Below are positions 57,526 through 64,000 of a stretch of 64,000 nt of DNA, piece by piece. The DNA is from Pseudomonadota bacterium (GTDB lineage Bacteria; Myxococcota_A; UBA9042). Below the pieces are notes generated by a model that saw nothing but the letters and a program-made list of their open reading frames with translations, was not told the origin of the DNA and searched no databases. A program made the translations under genes and the position numbers. The stretch spans positions 1,706 to 65,705 of the forward strand of contig SXRM01000037.1 in assembly GCA_005792545.1 (NCBI GenBank), given 5' to 3'. Position 1 is the first letter of the stretch, and each line of letters starts with the position of its first letter.

Positions 57526-57659
57526 GGCCTCGAAATGATTGACTCAATCATTTCTCTGGCCCATTTGCTTGCTCAGTGGGTCGCCAGCTCGCGGCCTCGG
57601 AGGCCGACTCGCGGCTCCGCCTTGGGCCGAGAGTGTTCAAGTCATTGTTTTCCAGTCCC
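57525..57659 (+). mobile_element. 135 bp dispersed element, copy 3
   Basis: Core 57576-57620 at offset 51; terminal inverted repeats 14/19; TTA(G) direct repeats; left-arm hairpin GAAATGATTG/CAATCATTTC. Confidence 0.72.
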
Positions 57660-57690
57660 TTAGCAGCAGGCCGCTTGTAAAGGTTAGCCG

Positions 57691-58773
57691 ATGTCCGATT
57701 CATCCAGCGTATCCGGGCTGCCCCGCCCGTGCCGGGTAGCCGTCGTCGGTGCCACCGGCTATGGCGGCGCCGAATTGTTGCGCCACCTGCTGGTTCACCC
57801 GCACGTGCAGGTCACGCGCCTGGTAGCCAAGGACAACATCGGCAAGCCGCTCGGTCAGGTGCACCTGTCGCTGGACGGCCTGACCGATCTGCGCATTGAG
57901 GACGCTGATGCGGAGTCGGTCGCTGCTGACGCCGATCTGGTGTGCGTGGGCCTGCCACACAAGGTTTCGGCGCAGGTGGTGGCGCGCTACGTCGACCTGG
58001 GCAAGGCTGTGGTGGACCTGAGCGGCGACTACCGCCTGCTTGATGCCGCGACGTACCGCACCTACTACGAAGTCGACCACCCGCTGCCCGAGCGCCTGGG
58101 TTCGTTTGTGTACGGCTTGCCGGAGCTGAGTCGTGCGGCGCTGCGCGGCGCCCGCCGGGTGGCCTCGCCGGGGTGCTTTGCCACCGCTATTACCTTGGCA
58201 TTGTTGCCGTTTGCGACCCGGGGCCTGCTGCAAGGCCGCGTGCGCGTGACTGCCATGACCGGGTCCTCCGGCTCGGGCGCAAACCCGGCGCTCGGGACGC
58301 ACCACCCGCTGCGGGCGCAGACGTTGCGGGCCTACAAGCCATTGACACACCAGCACACGCCCGAGATCGAGCAGACGCTGCGGCTGGCCGGCGCGCCGGA
58401 CTTCGCGCTGGACTTCGTGCCGGTGTCGGCGCCGCTGGTGCGCGGAATCCTGGCGACCTGCTGGTTCGACGTCGACGCAGGGCTGGACCCGGCCGAGCTC
58501 ATGGCGATGCCCGGAAAGCAGTATGCGGGCGAGCGTTTAGTGCGCGTTCTGCGCGACCGCCTGCCCGAGGTCAACGCAGTGGCCGGGTCGATGTTTGCCG
58601 AAGTGGCGGTCAGCGTGGACGAGCGCATCGCCAGCGGCCGCCGCACCGTGCTCGCCCACTGCGCCATAGACAACCTCATCAAAGGCGGCGCGGGCCAGGC
58701 CGTGCACGCCATCAACTTGATGCTTGGCTGCGACGAATACCAGGGCCTGCTGGCCCCGGCGCAGTGGCCGTAA
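57691..58773 (+). CDS. argC: N-acetyl-gamma-glutamyl-phosphate reductase
   Basis: GATGYGGAEL, YGLPE, ASPGCFAT, SGSGA, IDNLIKGGAGQA. Confidence 0.95.
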   Translation: MSDSSSVSGLPRPCRVAVVGATGYGGAELLRHLLVHPHVQVTRLVAKDNIGKPLGQVHLSLDGLTDLRIEDADAESVAADADLVCVGLPHKVSAQVVARYVDLGKAVVDLSGDYRLLDAATYRTYYEVDHPLPERLGSFVYGLPELSRAALRGARRVASPGCFATAITLALLPFATRGLLQGRVRVTAMTGSSGSGANPALGTHHPLRAQTLRAYKPLTHQHTPEIEQTLRLAGAPDFALDFVPVSAPLVRGILATCWFDVDAGLDPAELMAMPGKQYAGERLVRVLRDRLPEVNAVAGSMFAEVAVSVDERIASGRRTVLAHCAIDNLIKGGAGQAVHAINLMLGCDEYQGLLAPAQWP

Positions 58774-58775
58774 CC

Positions 58776-59615
58776 ATGGCAACACTGGTCGACCGCAAGA
58801 TCCTGGTCAAAGTGGGCGGCGAGACCGTCAAGGCCGCTGCCGATCGCGAGCGCCTTGCACGCGACATCGCCGCCGTGGTGCGGATGGGCGCCAAAGTGGT
58901 GGTGGTGCACGGTGCCGGTCCGCAGATCACCGCACTGGCAGAGCGCCTTGGCGTGCCTTCGCTGTTTCGCGGTGGGCGCCGCGTGACCGATGCCGCCATG
59001 CTGCGCGCGGTCGCCATGGCGATGTGCGGCGAAGTCGCGACCGACCTGCTGGCGGCGCTGCTGGCCGCAGGTGTCGATGCCTTGCCGTTTCCGGCTGCGG
59101 CGGCTGGCATCGTGGTCGGGCATAAGCGGCCACCCAAACAAGTGCCGGGCGAGGCAGAGCCCGTGGACTTTGGGTTGGTGGCGGACGTCGATAGCGTTCA
59201 GGCGCGGCATCTGCTGGCGCTGTGGTCGGCGGGGCTGGTCCCGGTGCTGTCATCGCTGGTCGCAGATGCTGGCGGCAACCTGCTGAACCTCAACGCGGAC
59301 ACCCTGGTCACGGCGCTGGTGCCCGCGCTCGGCATCGACGAAGTGGTGCTCGTGACCGGCGTGCCTGGTGTGTTCCGCAGGCTGGACGACCCGACGACGC
59401 ACTTGCCGCTGCTGTCCGATACCGACCTGCCTGGGCTAGTCCACAGCGGCGCGGTGCAGGGCGGCATGGTTGCCAAGCTTGAAGAAGTCGGCAACATCCT
59501 GCGCAAAGGCGCCCAGCGGGTCATCATTACCGGCTACCAGGATGAGGGCGCGATGACGGCCGCGGTCACCGACTACCCGACAATGTGCACCATCGTGCAG
59601 CGGAGCGCACGGTGA
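58776..59615 (+). CDS. argB: acetylglutamate kinase
   Basis: VKVGG, VVVHGAGPQI, GRRVTD, NLNAD, GGMVAKL. Confidence 0.93.
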   Translation: MATLVDRKILVKVGGETVKAAADRERLARDIAAVVRMGAKVVVVHGAGPQITALAERLGVPSLFRGGRRVTDAAMLRAVAMAMCGEVATDLLAALLAAGVDALPFPAAAAGIVVGHKRPPKQVPGEAEPVDFGLVADVDSVQARHLLALWSAGLVPVLSSLVADAGGNLLNLNADTLVTALVPALGIDEVVLVTGVPGVFRRLDDPTTHLPLLSDTDLPGLVHSGAVQGGMVAKLEEVGNILRKGAQRVIITGYQDEGAMTAAVTDYPTMCTIVQRSAR

Positions 59616-60232
59616 AATACGGCTGGCTTGTTTCGGCCTGTGGCGTCGCCCTTGCGTGGACCGCGCCTGCGCGAGCCCATGACGTGGACGGTAAGTGGGG
59701 CATCGGCTTCGAGGAGACGCTGACCGCGGTCGGCAGCCGCCAGATCATCCCGATCACCGATGGCCTGAGTGGCACCACGACAGCGGCGCAGCCTGACATC
59801 CGTGCTTCAGGGTTGTGCGGCCGCTGGTGGTTCGGCAACGTCGGCGTTGAAGCGGTGTTCGGGTTCGCGCTGCACAAGCCGGCGGAAGGCGATACGGAAT
59901 TCGGCAGTTTCTTGTCCGCCGGCCTGCTGTACAGCGTCGTGCGGGCGCCACAGGTCAACTTGACCATCGGCCTGCGTGCACTGGGCGGCGTCGGCCGGAC
60001 CAACGCCAGCAACGTGTCGACCGGCACGCGACTTGGCATGGCTTTCGAGATCCCGATTCGCGCGGAGTACTTCTTCAACCCGCAGTTCGCCATCGCCGGC
60101 GCGTTCGGACCGACGCTGGCCTATAACGGCGACCGCAGCAACCCGCTGACTGGCGGCAGCTCATCGGTCGACCTGGCCATTGCGCGCGGCGACTTTGGCG
60201 GCGGTCTCGGCTTTACCTACTACATTCACTGA
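59612..60232 (+). CDS. outer-membrane beta-barrel protein
   Basis: GTGA overlap with argB; signal peptide ending ARA; beta-strand pattern; terminal FTYYIH. Confidence 0.65.
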   Translation: MKYGWLVSACGVALAWTAPARAHDVDGKWGIGFEETLTAVGSRQIIPITDGLSGTTTAAQPDIRASGLCGRWWFGNVGVEAVFGFALHKPAEGDTEFGSFLSAGLLYSVVRAPQVNLTIGLRALGGVGRTNASNVSTGTRLGMAFEIPIRAEYFFNPQFAIAGAFGPTLAYNGDRSNPLTGGSSSVDLAIARGDFGGGLGFTYYIH

Positions 60233-60284
60233 CACGGCCGCGGCGCCTCGGTCGCGTTCGCCAGCGCCAACGCCAAGGACATCC

Positions 60285-61349
60285 ATGCCCGCCTCAATAC
60301 CCCCTGTCACCCGCATTGCGCTCGTACCCGGCGACGGCATCGGCCCTGAAGTCATCCGCGCGGCAGTCCACGTGCTTGACGCTTGCCAGGCCCGATTCGG
60401 CGGCAGCTTCTCGACCGAGTGGTTTGACCTGGGCGCCGAGCGATACCTAAAGACCGGCGAGACGCTGCCGCAAGCCACCTTCGAGCACTTGCGCGACGAC
60501 TTCGACAGCATCCTTCTGGGCGCGTTTGGCGATCCACGCGTGCCGAGCAACATCCACGCCAAGGACATCCTGCTCGGCCTGCGTCAGCGCCTAGACTTGT
60601 ACGTCAACCTTCGACCGGTGCGGCTGGTAGACGCGCGGCTGTGCCCGCTCAAGGACGTGACTGCGGGCGGTGTCGATATGGCCATCGTCCGCGAAAACAC
60701 CGAGAGCGTCTACGTGGGCATCGGCGGTTCGTTCAAGCCAGACACCGACGACGAAGTCGCGCAGAACATGATGCTGTCGACCCGCAAAGGCTGCGATCGG
60801 TTGCTACGGTACGCTTTCGAGCTGGCACGGACGCGGCGGCACAAGTTGGTGCTGTGCGACAAAGCCAACGCCATCGAGGCGGCACACGGGCTGTGGCGCA
60901 AGTCGCTCAAAGCACTGGCGCCCCTGTATCCCGATGTGCAGGCGACGACGCTGTACGCCGACGTCGCTGCGATGCGCATGACCACCCACCCACACGAGTT
61001 CGATGTGGTGGTCGGCGACAACATGATCGGCGACATCCTGAGCGATCTGGCGGCCGCGCTGGTCGGCGGCTTGGGGCTGGCGCCATCGGCGTCGACGCAC
61101 CCTGGCCGGGTCGCCCTGTACGAGCCGGTGCAGGGCTCTGCGCCCGACATCGTCGGCACCGGCAAGGCCAATCCGCTGGCGGCGATCTTGTCGCTGGGGA
61201 TGCTGCTGCGCGACCAGGGCATGGCGCAGGCGGCCGACGCGTTGGAGTCAGCGTGTGCGCAAAGCGTGGTCGAACGCGCCTGCACACCTGACCTGGGGGG
61301 CACGTTGACCACCAGTGCAGTGGCGGCTTGGGTGGCAGCAAAGCTGTAG
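60285..61349 (+). CDS. isocitrate/isopropylmalate dehydrogenase family enzyme (LeuB-like)
   Basis: PGDGIGPEV, LRQRLDLYVNLRP, VRENTE, DNMIGDILSD, EPVQGSAPDI, ANPLAAILS. Confidence 0.88.
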   Translation: MPASIPPVTRIALVPGDGIGPEVIRAAVHVLDACQARFGGSFSTEWFDLGAERYLKTGETLPQATFEHLRDDFDSILLGAFGDPRVPSNIHAKDILLGLRQRLDLYVNLRPVRLVDARLCPLKDVTAGGVDMAIVRENTESVYVGIGGSFKPDTDDEVAQNMMLSTRKGCDRLLRYAFELARTRRHKLVLCDKANAIEAAHGLWRKSLKALAPLYPDVQATTLYADVAAMRMTTHPHEFDVVVGDNMIGDILSDLAAALVGGLGLAPSASTHPGRVALYEPVQGSAPDIVGTGKANPLAAILSLGMLLRDQGMAQAADALESACAQSVVERACTPDLGGTLTTSAVAAWVAAKL

Positions 61350-61367
61350 TGCGCTGAACGAGCTATA

Positions 61368-61501
61368 CAGCATCGCCTTGAGTTGAGATCAGAACCTTGG
61401 ATAACCGCGGAGCGACGAGTCGGCTTGCAAAGCCGCGAGTTTGCGACCCACGCAACAAGCAGGAACAGCAATCGCGATGGCCACGGGTCATTGCGGTCCT
61501 G
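61368..61501 (-). mobile_element. 134 bp dispersed element, copy 4
   Basis: Core 61451-61407 on minus strand; TATA direct repeats; terminal inverted repeat CGAG(C/G)TATACAG; left arm overlaps the last codons of the CHAT gene. Confidence 0.65.
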
Positions 61502-64000
61502 TATACCTCGCCCCCGAGCCCACAAACGCCGCCCAGTAGAACGGATGCTGCCACTTCGGGTTGGCGCGCACCACCGCCTGCGCCGTCCGCAGTGCCTCTG
61601 CTTTGGGCTGCCCGCCCTTCCAGGCCCGATAGAAGGCCTCCATGAGCGCCCGCGTCGCCTGATCGTCCACCGGCCAAAGGCTGAGCACCACCGACTGCGC
61701 CCCGGCAATGGCCAACGCGCGCCGCAAGCCATGGACGCCGTCGCCGCCGCGAACCTCGCCCATGCCGGTATTGCATGCCGACAGCACCGCCAACTCAGTG
61801 CCCTGCAGGTCCAGGCTGGCGACCTCCAGTGCCGTCAGCACGCCGTCGTTCGGGCTCTTGTGGCGGTTGAAGCCGGCGAGCAGTAAGCCACTGCGCAGCA
61901 GCGGCATCTTGGCAGCGACGGCGGTCGCTTTGCCGGCGGCCAGGAAAAACCCGTGGGTGGCCACGTGCAGCAATTTCGGTCCGCGCGTGGCCAGCAACGC
62001 CTGCTTGGTCGCTGCGGCGCCCGTCAGCAGTCGTGCATCGCTGAACAGTTCCGCGACCGCCTGCCCTTCGGCCCTGGTGCCGGGCAACGCGTCCACAGCC
62101 ATGGCACTCAGGTCTGCCGCGCGGTCGACGGCGACCTTCGCACGCGGCCCAAAATCCGGGTTGGCCAGTACCAGCGGCGGTTGCCGCGAGGCCGCGCGCG
62201 CTGCGCCGGTGATTAATTCGCGCCCCGATCCCAGATAGCTGAGCGTGGTCGTTTCACCCAGCGCTTGGCCCCCGGCCACAGGCAAAGCGGCCAGGGGCAC
62301 CAAGAGCAGCGTGCCATCGGCCGAGACATGCAGGCGACTGGCACCCTTGAGGGCCGGCATCAGGGGCTGAAGCACGCGCCCGGCCAGTGCGAGCAGCGCC
62401 GGTTGGGCCTCTGTGGCCGGATTCGCCAGCGCCTGCCGCGCAGCCTTGACCGACTGGTCCAGTTCATCGGTAGGGCCCAGGTCATACCACTTGGGTGCAC
62501 CGCGGTCGCGCAGAACGCAGGCGGCCATGCGCGCCGGCAAGGGGTGCGGCGACCAGGCTCCCGCGCGCAACGTGTCTTGCGGAGTCCAGGCGGCAAACTC
62601 GACGAGCGCCGTCGCCGCATCCAGCTTGCTCTGAACCGCCGCGACCGTGGCTTCGGGCGCGGTCTTGTCGCGCCATGCCGCGCTGCGTTGGCCCAATTCG
62701 CCCTCGTGGCGGGCAATGGTTGCGGTCAGTTCACTGACCCTGCCTTGCCACGCCGCCACATCGGCCTTGGCCGGCTTGTGCAGGTAATAGGCCGCCAACT
62801 GCAGCCGCGCCTCGCTCAGCGCAGCGACCGCCTGCTGATCCTGCGGGTCCAGGCGTCGGCGCAGCACATCGACGGTGTCGGCCAGCACATCGACTGCGCG
62901 ACCGTGACGACGCAGCACAGTCTGCAGCGCAAGCTCGGCGGCCTGCGGGTTTTGTGGCAGCCATTGCACGGCGTATCGCAGCACGACCGCGGTCTCGTCG
63001 CTGACGTTTTGCAGGACACTGGCCTTGCGCTGCTCGTCGCCACTCCACAGCAGCAGGGCCACCTCCGCGTCGCGGATGGCAGTGGCGCGCACGCGCAGTG
63101 GCAGCGCTTGCTCGTGGGCGCCACGGGCGTCGAGCAGGTCGCCGAGGCGCCAAAGTTCGGCAAAAGCCTCGCCGGAATTGTCACCCGCCACCTTTTCGGC
63201 CATCGCGAGCGACTTGCGCATGTTCCTTTCGGCGTCGGCCAGCTTGCCCTGCATGGCGTCGGTCATCGCCAGGTTGTACCAGTCCGCCGCCAATTCGCGG
63301 CTGGGATCGCCAAACAGCTTGCTGTCCAGGATCATCGCTTTGGTATTGTGCTCCCGCGCCTGCGCGAACTGGCCCGCCGCGCCAAGCGCCGCGCCGAGGT
63401 TGCCATGGGCAGTCGCAGCTTGCGCACGGTCTTCGCCGAACGCTGCGACTTGAGTCGCCAGCGCCTGCCGCATCAGGGCGACCGCGGTGGTCGGGTCGTC
63501 CGCCAACAGCGCATCGGCCAGGTTGTTCTGCGCAGACGCGGTGTTTGGGTGCGTCGGGCCGTTGGTTGCGAGGTGAATGCGCAGGACTTCGCGCCGCCGC
63601 GCCAACAAGCGATCGCGGTCGCCACAAGAATCGTCGATGCGAGCCAGCACATCCAAGGCACCGACGCGCGCTGGGTGATCTGGGCCGTGCGCGCGCACGA
63701 TCAGCTTCTCGGCGCGTTGTGCATCGCGTTCTGCACCTGCGACGTCACCCCGGTCGAGCGCGAGACTGGCAAGTTCCAGCAGCGAGTTGGCCAGGTCGGG
63801 GTGGTTCTTCCCCTGCACCTTTTCGCGCAAAGGCAAGGTCTGGCCTAGTAAGAGCGCGGCCTTGTCCGGCTGGCCCATCCGCCGCAGCACCCGCGCATAG
63901 TGCTCGGCGATGTTGATGACGTCGGGATGTTCTTCGCCGTAGGCGGTTACCCCAATTGCGAAGGCCGCTTGCAGCTTCTTGGCTGCTTCATCGAGCAAAC
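61488..64000 (-). CDS. TPR-repeat plus CHAT (caspase-like) domain protein, 5' end outside window
   Basis: Kinesin-light-chain-like TPRs (HPDLANSL, HPNTASAQNNLA); LHVATHG and VLSACNTG catalytic dyad; HPFYWAAF. Confidence 0.92.
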   Translation of the reverse strand, partial: LLDEAAKKLQAAFAIGVTAYGEEHPDVINIAEHYARVLRRMGQPDKAALLLGQTLPLREKVQGKNHPDLANSLLELASLALDRGDVAGAERDAQRAEKLIVRAHGPDHPARVGALDVLARIDDSCGDRDRLLARRREVLRIHLATNGPTHPNTASAQNNLADALLADDPTTAVALMRQALATQVAAFGEDRAQAATAHGNLGAALGAAGQFAQAREHNTKAMILDSKLFGDPSRELAADWYNLAMTDAMQGKLADAERNMRKSLAMAEKVAGDNSGEAFAELWRLGDLLDARGAHEQALPLRVRATAIRDAEVALLLWSGDEQRKASVLQNVSDETAVVLRYAVQWLPQNPQAAELALQTVLRRHGRAVDVLADTVDVLRRRLDPQDQQAVAALSEARLQLAAYYLHKPAKADVAAWQGRVSELTATIARHEGELGQRSAAWRDKTAPEATVAAVQSKLDAATALVEFAAWTPQDTLRAGAWSPHPLPARMAACVLRDRGAPKWYDLGPTDELDQSVKAARQALANPATEAQPALLALAGRVLQPLMPALKGASRLHVSADGTLLLVPLAALPVAGGQALGETTTLSYLGSGRELITGAARAASRQPPLVLANPDFGPRAKVAVDRAADLSAMAVDALPGTRAEGQAVAELFSDARLLTGAAATKQALLATRGPKLLHVATHGFFLAAGKATAVAAKMPLLRSGLLLAGFNRHKSPNDGVLTALEVASLDLQGTELAVLSACNTGMGEVRGGDGVHGLRRALAIAGAQSVVLSLWPVDDQATRALMEAFYRAWKGGQPKAEALRTAQAVVRANPKWQHPFYWAAFVGSGARYTGPQ

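Noticed and set aside
11680-61451. 45 bp repeat as a CRISPR repeat
   Set aside because: Copies are 12-33 kb apart, with no spacer array and no cas genes

Overview
High-GC bacterial chromosomal window. The gene content (C-D-D-G-N-x-C-T repeat lipoproteins, CX4CH lipoproteins, a giant TPR protein, ihfA-merR, IF3 with a Pro/Ala tail) suggests Myxococcota/deltaproteobacteria; this is an inference. There are about 48 CDS and one tRNA-Ala(GGC); no rRNA, CRISPR array, integrase or transposase was seen. Housekeeping blocks are thiolase-rnj-engB-rimI, infC-rpmI-rplT-ihfA-merR (without thrS/pheST), greA-tsaE and argC-argB-leuB-like. Most notable: (1) a dispersed 134-135 bp element in four copies, with a conserved 45 bp core at a fixed position, arms that differ in sequence between copies yet each still fold, 3-4 bp AT-rich flanking direct repeats, and sense orientation at gene 3' ends; (2) a surface metal/redox neighbourhood (4.6-13.5 kb) with an OmcA/MtrC-type decahaem lipoprotein on a haem-free stalk of six repeats, a three-lipoprotein operon (PHM/DBH-type copper monooxygenase, Cys-rich protein, CX4CH cytochrome) and a divergent metal-uptake operon with no permease or ATPase; (3) a JetB/JetC (MksE/MksB)-like KITE-SMC pair with no adjacent kleisin or nuclease; (4) a FabH-like/acyltransferase/FabI-like(Tyr->Phe)/AhpD-like lipid cluster. 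All family assignments come from motifs read by eye; no database search was run.
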